Shown here piece by piece: positions 24,611 to 33,431 of a stretch of DNA of 36,614 nt. Numbering within the stretch: position 1 is the first letter of the stretch; every line of letters starts with the position of its first letter. Made by a program: the position numbers and the translations under genes. Below the pieces are notes generated by a model, which was given only the letters and a program-made list of their open reading frames with translations, did no database searches and was not told the DNA's origin. This DNA is from a bacterium (GTDB taxonomy: Bacteria > Babelota > Babeliae > Babelales > Vermiphilaceae): assembly GCA_030626185.1 (NCBI GenBank), contig DAOUPL010000001.1, positions 1 through 36,614 of the forward strand, read 5' to 3'.

Positions 24611-25872
24611 TCAATTATTTACTTACACTGCTACTCAGTTGTTTTTTTTGCAATCAAAGTACATGCACAATAGAACAAACAAACCCAAACTATTTTTGGG
24701 GAAATTATTTGTTATCCGGTAGCAACATTGATCTTGCACAAGATTGGCTTGATATCGCCTTACAAAAATCACCTTCTATTCAGACAATAAAACTTTATCT
24801 TCCATTTTTGTTGAAAACAGAAAAACATCATAAGATTCAAGAACTTTACCACAAACATGGCAAAGAATTAGCACAAGACAAACAAGCACAGCAAATTTTT
24901 GCACAAAGCTTTATGCAAACAGATAAACACGATCAAGCACACGATATTTTAACTAATTTATACAAACTTCACCCTGATGATGCGCAAATAGCATTTCAAG
25001 CAGCGCAAATTTTTGCAAAAAAAGAACAATACGCTCAAGCGCTTGAGTGCCTTGAGCGTTTAGCAACACTAAACAGATCAAAACTGCATCCACTCATGCA
25101 GCACATCGCGCAAACATCACGCATACAACTACTTATTAAACTTGATCGTGTAGACGATGCATGCAATCAACTAGAAAAAATTATTCCCAACAGCCCACAA
25201 AAACAATTGTGGTTTTCTTTATTGCACGCATGCAGCAAAAAAACTTCACCCGATAAAATTATTAAACATTTCGAAACTATTAATAAACAAATTGGCGAAA
25301 CGCCATGGGGGCTCTTTTATCTTGCTGATCTTTATTACCAACACAAAAATAAATCATTCTCAACGCGCTACTTTGATCGTGCATTACAGCTCAGCGACAA
25401 TATGGCAGTTAAGTTATTAATGCTTGCTCATCGCGCAACATTGTATGTACGTGACAATAACGCAAAAGAATTAAAAAAGGTTATCAGTAACGGACTAAAA
25501 ATGAAAGCGGACTATCCACCACTATTGCATGCAGCAGCTCATTACTACACCACTCATGAAAAAAACATTGGATATGCACAACAACTTATTAATAAAGCGT
25601 TGCAACATGACAAAGAAAACCCTGATTATCTTTTGATGCACGCATACGTACTGTACAAACAAAAAAAATACAACAAAGCTGATCATCTACTTGAACAACT
25701 ACAAACAAAACTGAACAATAATGCCCTGCTGCTTATTCGTCTTGCACAAACAAAATACAAGCTTGGCAATACGAAACATGCAAAAGATCTTATTGCACGC
25801 GCAGAAGAGCACGTAGAACATCATAACGAACAACAACTTATTACCACGTTGCGCAATAAATGGCAGAAGTAA
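24607..25872 (+). CDS. TPR-repeat protein, possible lipoprotein
   Basis: It has repeated 34-aa helical-pair patterns with A/Y/L spacing throughout, for example AQIAFQAAQIFAKKEQYAQALECLERL and YLLMHAYVLYKQKKYNKADHLLEQL. The N-terminus MINYLLTLLLSC has a lipobox-like LLSC. Its start overlaps dciA (ATGA). Confidence 0.7.
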   Translation: MINYLLTLLLSCFFCNQSTCTIEQTNPNYFWGNYLLSGSNIDLAQDWLDIALQKSPSIQTIKLYLPFLLKTEKHHKIQELYHKHGKELAQDKQAQQIFAQSFMQTDKHDQAHDILTNLYKLHPDDAQIAFQAAQIFAKKEQYAQALECLERLATLNRSKLHPLMQHIAQTSRIQLLIKLDRVDDACNQLEKIIPNSPQKQLWFSLLHACSKKTSPDKIIKHFETINKQIGETPWGLFYLADLYYQHKNKSFSTRYFDRALQLSDNMAVKLLMLAHRATLYVRDNNAKELKKVISNGLKMKADYPPLLHAAAHYYTTHEKNIGYAQQLINKALQHDKENPDYLLMHAYVLYKQKKYNKADHLLEQLQTKLNNNALLLIRLAQTKYKLGNTKHAKDLIARAEEHVEHHNEQQLITTLRNKWQK

Positions 25873-26864
25873 AAAAAAAGACCATTGCCTTTGTTGCTGG
25901 TTATTCTGCAGGACACATCTTACCCTGCATAGCACTGCACAAACAAAAATATCACAATAAAAACGTACTTTTTTTTACTACAACAAATAAACTTGATACA
26001 CAATTGTTAAAAAAACAATCATCGTTTATCAACGTATTTATTCCATTGCATCGCAAATCACGCATGCGTATTCATCATTATTTTTTATTGCTATGGCACC
26101 TAATGTGCGCAACGATTAAAAGTGTATATTATTTGCACAAACACAAATCAGAACGCATAATCACAACTGGCAGCTTTATCGCATTACCTATTTGTTACGC
26201 TGCACGATTATTACGCATACCAATCGACGTGTATGAACTTAACGCACACCCAGGGCGAACCAACAAACACATCGCATTTTTTGCAACAAATGTTTTTGTT
26301 TGTTTTAAACGCACACAGCAACAATTGTTACCGTTAAAAACAACGCTTATTAATTATCCCCAAACCATTTATCCAATAAAAAAACAAAACAAAACTTCTG
26401 ATAAACCTACAATTTTAGTTCTTGGTGGGTCACAAGGATCAACGTCGTTAAACAGTATTATTTGTAAGTTGCTGGCAAGCAATACCGAACTACAAAACAA
26501 CGTATACTGGATTCATCAAACCGGAGATGGTGAATATCAAAAAATTAGCAATTGGTACAAAAAACAAAAAATTAATTGCACCGTCATGCCCTTTGCTGAT
26601 GATCTTACTCCCTACATCGCACAAGCTGATTTGGTTATTTGTCGCGCTGGTGCCGGCACACTTTTTTCACTTATTGCGTACAACAAACCATGTATCACTA
26701 TTCCACTAAGCACTGTGGCCGAAAATCATCAATTACTTAATGCAGAAGAACTTACAAAAAAACATCATAACCTCATAACCATTCTTGAGCAACAGATGCT
26801 CATACAAAACAAAGCTGAACTTTATAACCAAATAAAAAAAAAAATACAAGTTACACCAAAATAG
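25860..26864 (+). CDS. murG: Undecaprenyldiphospho-muramoylpentapeptide beta-N-acetylglucosaminyltransferase
   Basis: IAFVAGYSAGHILPCIAL is a G-loop variant. LVLGGSQGSTSLN, ADLVICRAGAGTLFSLIAYNKPCITIPL and ENHQLLNAEEL are also present. Confidence 0.88.
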   Translation: MAEVKKKTIAFVAGYSAGHILPCIALHKQKYHNKNVLFFTTTNKLDTQLLKKQSSFINVFIPLHRKSRMRIHHYFLLLWHLMCATIKSVYYLHKHKSERIITTGSFIALPICYAARLLRIPIDVYELNAHPGRTNKHIAFFATNVFVCFKRTQQQLLPLKTTLINYPQTIYPIKKQNKTSDKPTILVLGGSQGSTSLNSIICKLLASNTELQNNVYWIHQTGDGEYQKISNWYKKQKINCTVMPFADDLTPYIAQADLVICRAGAGTLFSLIAYNKPCITIPLSTVAENHQLLNAEELTKKHHNLITILEQQMLIQNKAELYNQIKKKIQVTPK

Positions 26865-28749
26865 TAATTGCTTGATCACGGCGCTTACGACGTGGGCGTT
26901 TGCCCGTAAAGGGATCTATCGTCAGCTCTTGCAATGCGTGATCGTACACAAACTTCTTTTTTTTATGCAGAATCTTTTTCGTCACGGCCAACCATAACGG
27001 AAACGCAACATCCACTGGATACACGTCCTCACCCAACGGTCGATTATCATCACAACCTAACCAAATTCCCGTTGTGTACGATGGAGTTGCACCAACAAAC
27101 CAGCATGTTCGTGAATCGTTTGTTGTTCCTGTTTTTGCAATAGCATCAATTTCATCCGACCAATAAGCGTTACTTTGTTCACTGCAATGCTGCATGCCAA
27201 GTGTTAACACTTTAGTAACTTGATCAGCAACAGAACGTTTAATCACTCGTTCTTTACGTTGTGTGTGTTGCCAAACAATTGTACCGTTACCATCTTTTAT
27301 CCATTCAACAATGTATGGCTCAACATAAACGCCGTTATGCGCAAAAATATTAAACATCCCCACAACGTCATGCAACGTCATGTCGACACAACCAAGCGCT
27401 AACGACGGATACGCGTGTAAGTCAGCACAAATATTACACTTACGTGCTAAATCAATTACCGATTGCGCTCCAACATCGAGCAATGTTTTTATTGTTACAA
27501 TATTATTTGAATGCGATAAAGCATGCGCTAACGTCATCTTGCCATTATGAGTTTTTGTATAATTGCGCGGTTGCCACACTTTTTTGCCATGCGATAATGA
27601 AAATGGTTCATCAACGCACGTATCTGCAAAAGTTTTTCCTTTTGCTATTGCAACAGCGTAAACAAGTATTTTAAAAACTGAACCAACTTGGCGTTCAGCG
27701 CATCGCGCACGATCAAACGTTGATTGAAAAAAACTATAGCCACCAATTAATGCTTTTACTGCACCAGAAGCAACGTGCATCGTGATTAACGCACCATCAA
27801 TCGGCAAGCAGAGCGTTGTACGCTGATACGCAACATGCTGCACAAACAACTGTTCTGCTTTTTGTTGCATCTGTTTATTAATCGTCACTTTTATTTGATA
27901 ACCATTGCAATACAGCGCATCTTTACCCAATAATTTTGTCATAAATGATCGCACGTATTCACGTACAAACAGACCAGTTTGATCTTCTTCGCGCTTTATA
28001 ATCTCTATATTTTGCGATAACGCATCTTCGTATTCATCACAAGTAATAATCTTTTGTTGCAACATCTTTTTGAGCACAACATCACGTCGCTTTTGTGTTG
28101 ATCGTGGGTACAACAATGGGCAATACGCTTGTGGCGATCGCACAATACCCGCGAGTGCTGCTGCTTGTGATAACGAAAGATCACACACTTCAATGCCCCA
28201 AAACTTTTTGCTTGCCGCCGCTATGCCAAAAATACCACAACCAAAACAGACATTATTCAAATACGCTTGTAAAATCTCTTGCTTGCTGCATTGTCGCTCA
28301 ATCAACAACGCATAAAATTGTTCTTTAATTTTACGAGCAAACGTTTTTTTATGACCAAAAAATAATAATCGCACAAGTTGTTGTGTGATCGTGCTGGCCC
28401 CTTGCCTTTTAGCACCGTGATACAAATTTACAAAAAATGATCGTGCAATGCCACGCAGCGATAAACCACAATGAGAAAAAAAATAACGATCTTCACTAGC
28501 AATAAATGCATCAATCACTTGTTGTGGTACTTGAGACAACGCAACAGGATATGATTTATCATACACAAACTGCCACAACTCATTGCCACCATCATCGATT
28601 ACAACTGATGGGACACAATCAACTGTTTTGCGAATAACAGAAACATCTATTTTATGCGTACGTAAAAAAAATAGCGCAACAAAAGCACTCACGCAGAAAG
28701 TCAAAAATACAAAACTAATACAAAAAAAGAGCAACCTTTTGCCCGTCAT
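26851..28749 (-). CDS. Class A penicillin-binding protein (bifunctional transglycosylase/transpeptidase)
   Basis: Glycosyltransferase motifs are EDRYFFSHCG, GASTITQQLVR and RKIKE. Transpeptidase motifs are GSVFK (SxxK), SHSNN (SxN) and KTGTT. It has an N-terminal TM anchor. I place the start at ATG 28749, because the ORF codons up to 28821 run into a terminator hairpin. Confidence 0.9.
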   Translation of the reverse strand: MTGKRLLFFCISFVFLTFCVSAFVALFFLRTHKIDVSVIRKTVDCVPSVVIDDGGNELWQFVYDKSYPVALSQVPQQVIDAFIASEDRYFFSHCGLSLRGIARSFFVNLYHGAKRQGASTITQQLVRLLFFGHKKTFARKIKEQFYALLIERQCSKQEILQAYLNNVCFGCGIFGIAAASKKFWGIEVCDLSLSQAAALAGIVRSPQAYCPLLYPRSTQKRRDVVLKKMLQQKIITCDEYEDALSQNIEIIKREEDQTGLFVREYVRSFMTKLLGKDALYCNGYQIKVTINKQMQQKAEQLFVQHVAYQRTTLCLPIDGALITMHVASGAVKALIGGYSFFQSTFDRARCAERQVGSVFKILVYAVAIAKGKTFADTCVDEPFSLSHGKKVWQPRNYTKTHNGKMTLAHALSHSNNIVTIKTLLDVGAQSVIDLARKCNICADLHAYPSLALGCVDMTLHDVVGMFNIFAHNGVYVEPYIVEWIKDGNGTIVWQHTQRKERVIKRSVADQVTKVLTLGMQHCSEQSNAYWSDEIDAIAKTGTTNDSRTCWFVGATPSYTTGIWLGCDDNRPLGEDVYPVDVAFPLWLAVTKKILHKKKKFVYDHALQELTIDPFTGKRPRRKRRDQAITILV

Positions 28750-28821
28750 CACTCTCTCGCCTTTCATTGATGATCTATTGGGTATGCACAAATGTTGTAA
28801 CATGCCACAGAAAAAAAGCAA

Positions 28822-28853
28822 ACAAAAAAAAGAACCGGTATAAAACCGGTTCT
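28822..28853 (-). terminator. Rho-independent terminator downstream of 28886..29647
   Basis: A perfect 9-bp stem, AGAACCGGT (28831-39) / ACCGGTTCT (28845-53), encloses a 5-nt loop. On the minus strand it is followed by TTTTTTTGTTTG. Confidence 0.85.
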
Positions 28854-28885
28854 TTTAAATTACTTTGATAAATTAGATAATCAAA

Positions 28886-29647
28886 TTACGCTTGATCGTC
28901 TTCTTCAAATTCTTCAAATCCTGCATCTTGCATACTTTCTATAGCTTCAAGCACAGCTTTATATTCAGCATCAATTTCATCTTCGTCGTTTTGACCAAGA
29001 ATAGCAACTTTAACTTTGTCGAATAGTTTAGAAACACCTTTGTCATACACTTCGTAAGCCACACCAGTTACAACTGTTGTTAACACAACAGCAGTAGCAA
29101 TTTTACAATTACGACCCAAGAAAATTGTTTTTAATGAACTTAAGCAATCTAAAGTGCTGTCTAATGAACGTTGAGCCATATTTGTAGCGTCTTTGTACGC
29201 TTCTTTTGCATCATTATATTTTACTTCTGCATCAGCAATTACTTCTTCACTAGCTTCTTCGTCAGTTTTAATTTCTTTAAGTTCTTTAGCAGCTTCAAGC
29301 ATAGCTTCACGCAAATCACTTCTACTTGAATCAACAACTTCATCAATTGAAGTTTTTGTTGGAGCATCAACTACTTTAGTTTCTAAATTATCAGCAGCTT
29401 CTTGTTCTGCAACTAATTTATCAGCAGCTTCTTGTTCTGCAGCTAATTTATCAGCAGCTTTTTGTTCTGCAACTAATTTATCAGCAGCTTCTTGTTCTGC
29501 AACTAATTTATCAGCAGCTTTTTGTTCTGCAGCTAATTTTTCATTTGAATAGTCTCTATAATTATAAGTAGTACCTTCAGAATAAACTAAATTCATACTT
29601 CCCAAAGATAATAATAATGCGAGCGAAAATACTTGTGTGTTTTTCAT
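28886..29647 (-). CDS. Secreted tandem-repeat protein with C-proximal TM helix and acidic tail
   Basis: The signal peptide is MKNTQVFSLALLLSLGSMNLVYSE. Five 10-aa AEQ(K/E)AADKL(V/A) units follow. The TM helix is IATAVVLTTVVTGVAY and the tail is FEEFEEDDQA. A strong terminator lies downstream. Confidence 0.7.
   Translation of the reverse strand: MKNTQVFSLALLLSLGSMNLVYSEGTTYNYRDYSNEKLAAEQKAADKLVAEQEAADKLVAEQKAADKLAAEQEAADKLVAEQEAADNLETKVVDAPTKTSIDEVVDSSRSDLREAMLEAAKELKEIKTDEEASEEVIADAEVKYNDAKEAYKDATNMAQRSLDSTLDCLSSLKTIFLGRNCKIATAVVLTTVVTGVAYEVYDKGVSKLFDKVKVAILGQNDEDEIDAEYKAVLEAIESMQDAGFEEFEEDDQA
29398..29547. repeat. Tandem repeat, 30-bp unit x5, in-frame inside CDS 28886..29647
   Basis: The unit TTATCAGCAGCTT(C/T)TTGTTCTGCA(A/G)CTAAT is repeated head-to-tail at 29398, 29428, 29458, 29488 and 29518. 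Only two positions vary, giving E/K and V/A changes. Confidence 0.95.
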
Positions 29648-29958
29648 AGTCAGACAACTCCTGTAAAATGTGTCTATAACAAATTTGTAACTCTATTTAG
29701 AATTATCGCTCAGCAATTTGTAATTGTCAAATTTTTTTGTAATTAAAAAATAATCATACAACAATCTATTTAACAAAAAAAAGTTATTAACAAAAAATAT
29801 TTAATAAAAATTGTACTCACATTTTTAATAGTTATCGATTATCAGATTATTGAAAATAATAAATTTTACTCATTCATTAAGCTATTCTTTATTTAAACCC
29901 CCTTTACAAATAGAAACAAAATTGCTATTATTTTAAAAAGAACAAATCTTTGAAAATA

Positions 29959-30330
29959 ACGTCATTACACAGACAATCGCATGTGTCCTGCACATGAGGA
30001 AAGTCCGGACTCCTAACAAAAACGATACCATTGAAGAAGTTAATTCAACGATGGGCAGTATTGCCAACAATGCTGACGGAAAGTGTCGCAGAAAATAACC
30101 GCTTGTCACTTGTGGCAAGTAAGGATGAAAATGGGTGGTAAGAGCACCCAATAATCACTAGTAATGGTGATTATGGATAAACCCTATCGGGAGCAAGACA
30201 ATGCAGCGTAAACGATCTTTGTTTCGGTTAATTACGCGGGTATGTCGCATAGATAAATGATTGTCACTCATTACTTTTTTGCGTAAAATATAATGAGTAC
30301 AGAATCCGGCTTATCGTGTGATGGCGTACG
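29959..30330 (+). ncRNA. rnpB: RNase P RNA, bacterial type A
   Basis: The universal P4 strands are present: GAGGAAAGTCCGGACTCC (29996-30013) and ACAGAATCCGGCTTA (about 30299-30313). GGTAAGAGCACC is also present. P1 can form between ACGTCATTACACAG (29959-29972) and TCGTGTGATGGCGT (30314-30327). The ends are accurate to about 10 nt. Confidence 0.85.
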
Positions 30331-30361
30331 CATCACTTCTTATAAACAAGAAAGCACAATC

Positions 30362-31132
30362 ATGATCGCTTCTTCGTCAATTAATCACTATCTCTTTATT
30401 GGATTACTTGTTATTATTCTCGTCAGCACCTATCTTTTTATTGCGTATAATCAAAAAAAAACAAAACCTCTCAACCAATTAAAAAACACAAACGATATGA
30501 TTATTTTGTGGGATCTGCATGAAGTTGTGTTTCAGCGCAGCATAATCGATTGGACAAAAGAAATCATAACCTTTAACGGCAAATGGCAAGCTATTAAAAA
30601 AACTTCGTGGCCAATGTATAAACTATTTTTCAAATACTTTTTATACGTACTCGGCATACAAAAAGGTGATATTAGCAGTGAAGAACTTATTGTACTTGCC
30701 AAACAACAAGGCAATGATGAACTTGTGCGCCTTGCTGTTACTGTTGGATCACGTTATACGCCAATAACAGAAACGGTTGATATTATTAAAGATTTACACA
30801 GTCATGGTTATAAACAACATGTTGGCTCCAATATTGGCCGCACCATTTATAATCATTTTAGCAATCTTTATCCAGAAATTTTTACTTACTTTAATCATGT
30901 CACGTTAGTTGAACCAGAACAAAATAAACCATTAATCAAAAAACCAAATCCACTATTTTTTAAAAACTATTTAGATAAAAATAATTTATCACCAAAACAA
31001 GTTATCTTTATCGATGACAAACAACACAACGTTGATGCTGCAAGACACGTTGGCATGATTGCAATACGATTTACAACACCAGAACAATTGCGTCAAAATC
31101 TTGGCGAACTTGACATTTTAGCAAAGCGCTAG
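30362..31132 (+). CDS. Membrane-anchored HAD-superfamily hydrolase-like protein
   Basis: The ORF opens at 30293 inside rnpB, so I use ATG 30362. There is an N-terminal TM helix (LFIGLLVIILVSTYLFIAY). HAD-like motifs are ILWDLHEVVF (DxH instead of DxD), HVGSNIG, KKPNPLFF and FIDDKQHNVDAARHVG. Confidence 0.65.
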   Translation: MIASSSINHYLFIGLLVIILVSTYLFIAYNQKKTKPLNQLKNTNDMIILWDLHEVVFQRSIIDWTKEIITFNGKWQAIKKTSWPMYKLFFKYFLYVLGIQKGDISSEELIVLAKQQGNDELVRLAVTVGSRYTPITETVDIIKDLHSHGYKQHVGSNIGRTIYNHFSNLYPEIFTYFNHVTLVEPEQNKPLIKKPNPLFFKNYLDKNNLSPKQVIFIDDKQHNVDAARHVGMIAIRFTTPEQLRQNLGELDILAKR

Positions 31133-31198
31133 ACAGACAAGTGACAAATGGTATACTTGCTAACAGTAATAATTAACCACAAAAAAAGGAGCTCTTTT

Positions 31199-31960
31199 AT
31201 GAAGAAGTTTTCAATCGTATTACTTACCCTCTTTTGCCTCTCTCAAACACATGTCACTCATGGTAATGATGCAGAATGTATTTCTGTAAACGATAACTGT
31301 GAAAAAACATGTAAAAAGATGTATCGCATTCGCTCAACAAAAGCATGTCCATGCCCAGAAAGTTGTGCTTCGCAAGATGGTGATGCATGTGCGCAAGATT
31401 GCCAAACGTGTAACGGCGATTGTTTACAAGCGTGCGCTGATGCTTGCAACAAAAAACGTATGACCAAAAATGATTGTTGTCCAGTTACAGGACAAACGAA
31501 CGCTGAAGGTTGTTGCCCAGCTACCGGAGAAACATGTAGTGACGCTTGTGCACAAGATTGTGCTGATGCATGTGATAAAGCAAAAAAAGATTGTCCGTAC
31601 GCTACAAAAAACATTACTTGGAAAACTGCAGCAAAAAGCTCAAAACTCAAGTTTACCGTAAAAAAAGCTGATGACGCCAAAGAAAAAGGTTGGGAACGCA
31701 TAAAAGAAATTGTACAAGCAGCATTCGTCCAAGCAGAATTACCAGTTGAAAAAGAAGATGACAAAACGTATTCAATGACTATCACTAAAGGTAGCATGAA
31801 TACACAAGAATGGGTTGACACATTAAATTACGTTAAAGATCTTGGTATGGAAGTTATCGAAGAACTTGAACAAGATGATGTTGCAACAGGCGGCATAATC
31901 TCAATTGAACTCACTGCTGACGATGATCAAGACATGACTGAAGAAAATGCTAACGCATAA
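31199..31960 (+). CDS. Secreted cysteine-rich protein with acidic C-terminus
   Basis: AGGAG (31187-31191) lies 7 nt before ATG 31199. The signal peptide is MKKFSIVLLTLFCLSQTHVTHG. There are 21 Cys in about 110 aa, with duplicated DACAQDC and CCP(V/A)TG(Q/E)T motifs. A perfect 13-bp terminator hairpin follows. Confidence 0.7.
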   Translation: MKKFSIVLLTLFCLSQTHVTHGNDAECISVNDNCEKTCKKMYRIRSTKACPCPESCASQDGDACAQDCQTCNGDCLQACADACNKKRMTKNDCCPVTGQTNAEGCCPATGETCSDACAQDCADACDKAKKDCPYATKNITWKTAAKSSKLKFTVKKADDAKEKGWERIKEIVQAAFVQAELPVEKEDDKTYSMTITKGSMNTQEWVDTLNYVKDLGMEVIEELEQDDVATGGIISIELTADDDQDMTEENANA

Positions 31961-31990
31961 AACTTAGAGTTTTTTCATAAAAACCCCAAA

Positions 31991-32025
31991 AAAAGAGAAC
32001 AGTTTTCGAACTGTTCTCTTTTTTA
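31991..32025. terminator. Bidirectional terminator between convergent Cys-rich gene and uppS
   Basis: A perfect 13-bp stem, AAAGAGAACAGTT / AACTGTTCTCTTT, encloses a TTCG loop. It is flanked by an A-run upstream and a T-run downstream. Confidence 0.85.
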
Positions 32026-32712
32026 TTTACCAAAATTGCGCTGACAACTATTAAAGGAATTTAAAACATTTTGTAAATCATCTAAAGCTAAATCAGGCCA
32101 TAAACAATCTAAAAAATATAACTCTGCATACGCGACTTGAAACAACAAAAAATTACTCAATCTTTTATACCCACCGGTACGGATAACAACTGACGGTGAT
32201 GGCACATCGCACGGTGTCCACAAATAGGATACAAATAAATCATGAGAAACATCAGACGCTTTAATTTTTTTATCTTCTACTGCACGTGCACACGCTTGTG
32301 CTGCAGAAATAATTTCTTGTTGCCCACCATAACAAACATAAAATAACACAGTAAGTTTTTTGCACGCACGTGTTGCAGTCTCAACATGTTCAGTCTGCGT
32401 TAACACATCATCAGGAAAATGATGTTTGTCACCAACAAATTTTATACAAATATCATGTTGTAAAAAAAAATCATACTTTTCTTTAAGTTGTTTAACTAAT
32501 GTAGAAAACAAAAGTGAAACTTCACGCGAAGAGCGTTCTAAATTTTCTAAAGAAAATGCATACAAAGAAAGATAAGCTATGTTGTTTTTTAAACAAAATG
32601 AAATAGTTCGCTCAACAGCATCGATACTTGCATTACCAATAGTTTTTGAAAACCCGTGACGTTTTGCCCATCGTCGGTTGCCATCCATAATACATGCAAG
32701 ATGCAACACCAC
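32023..32712 (-). CDS. uppS: Undecaprenyl diphosphate synthase (cis-prenyltransferase)
   Basis: Motifs are HLACIMDGNRRWAKRHG, LSLYAFSLENLERS and IRTGGYKRLSNFLLFQVAYAELYF. The start is GTG. Confidence 0.92.
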   Translation of the reverse strand: MVLHLACIMDGNRRWAKRHGFSKTIGNASIDAVERTISFCLKNNIAYLSLYAFSLENLERSSREVSLLFSTLVKQLKEKYDFFLQHDICIKFVGDKHHFPDDVLTQTEHVETATRACKKLTVLFYVCYGGQQEIISAAQACARAVEDKKIKASDVSHDLFVSYLWTPCDVPSPSVVIRTGGYKRLSNFLLFQVAYAELYFLDCLWPDLALDDLQNVLNSFNSCQRNFGK

Positions 32713-32730
32713 ACTACTCCATAATAAAAT

Positions 32731-33384
32731 TTAATTAACTAGTGCATGCTCTTTATACGCAACACGTTTTTTTACAACGCTTATCACACTCATCACAACT
32801 GCATGCAACACAAACGCAGTAGCTGCAAAAATTACACGCTCTGCACAAACTACCGGAATTAATGCTAGCCACGCAGATGCTGCCATAGGTACTGTGTATA
32901 ACCAAATAACTGATCCGACTGCATGCCCAACAAACGTACTTGCTAACAATCGCGCTGATAATGATTGCAAACCAAAAAGATAAATACCAATTGGCACCAA
33001 CCAAAATAACGCATATGGCGCAGCATAAAAACCAACTGGATGCGCAATAAATAAAATCATGCTTACAACTGGAACCAATAAACGAATTGCCCAATGATTA
33101 TACGTCATGTACAAAGAAACAAATATACCAGGAATAATAAATGCTAATGATGCCAATGAAAATGATGCACCAATTGCATAACGTGCAACAAAGCGCACTA
33201 TCATTGCCACAACTGATACGCTACCACCCCACAAGCCAAGTAATGGATAAACAGCATTAACTCCTGAAAAAAAGATATTGTGTGATCCAACAATAAAACT
33301 TACTTTACAAAACGATGCTACAAACAATACACCAAAAGTTGCAAAAAAACCTACTAATCGCTTTATTGAATTATTTGTAACCAT
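32731..33384 (-). CDS. Polytopic inner-membrane protein, unknown function
   Basis: 217 aa with about 6 hydrophobic helices. I recognise no diagnostic motif. An ECF S-component-like role is only a guess. Confidence 0.6.
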   Translation of the reverse strand: MVTNNSIKRLVGFFATFGVLFVASFCKVSFIVGSHNIFFSGVNAVYPLLGLWGGSVSVVAMIVRFVARYAIGASFSLASLAFIIPGIFVSLYMTYNHWAIRLLVPVVSMILFIAHPVGFYAAPYALFWLVPIGIYLFGLQSLSARLLASTFVGHAVGSVIWLYTVPMAASAWLALIPVVCAERVIFAATAFVLHAVVMSVISVVKKRVAYKEHALVN

Positions 33385-33431
33385 TAATTGCCCTTACTTA
33401 CAAAGTATAATTTCTGCTTTTTAAAAGTATA

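Noticed and set aside
26834-26844. A11 homopolymer near the 3' end of murG, considered as a phase-variation tract
   Set aside because: It encodes KKK in a housekeeping gene within an A-rich genome, and the frame is intact. It is probably compositional.
29193-29552. 119-aa plus-strand ORF rich in Ser/Ala repeats
   Set aside because: It is antisense to the 30-bp tandem-repeat region of 28886..29647. The repeats keep the opposite frame open. The minus-strand gene has a signal peptide, a TM helix and a terminator.
29682-29742. Three copies of (A/T)ATTTGTAA in the 310-bp spacer upstream of rnpB and the repeat-protein gene
   Set aside because: The motif is short and AT-rich in an AT-rich spacer, and the spacing is irregular (33 and 19 nt). 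I cannot distinguish it from chance without genome-wide motif statistics.
29933-30151. 72-aa minus-strand ORF, together with the first 23 codons of ORF 30293..31132
   Set aside because: Both overlap the RNase P RNA gene, whose conserved P4 sequences are on the plus strand. The downstream CDS is better started at ATG 30362.
31258-31821. 187-aa ORF on the minus strand, the longest unexplained ORF in the track
   Set aside because: It lies entirely antisense to the Cys-rich gene. It is a codon-shadow product: its Ala/Ser/Cys/Gln-rich sequence is generated by the complement of GCA/TGC/GAT codons. It has no RBS. The sense gene has an RBS, a signal peptide and a terminator.
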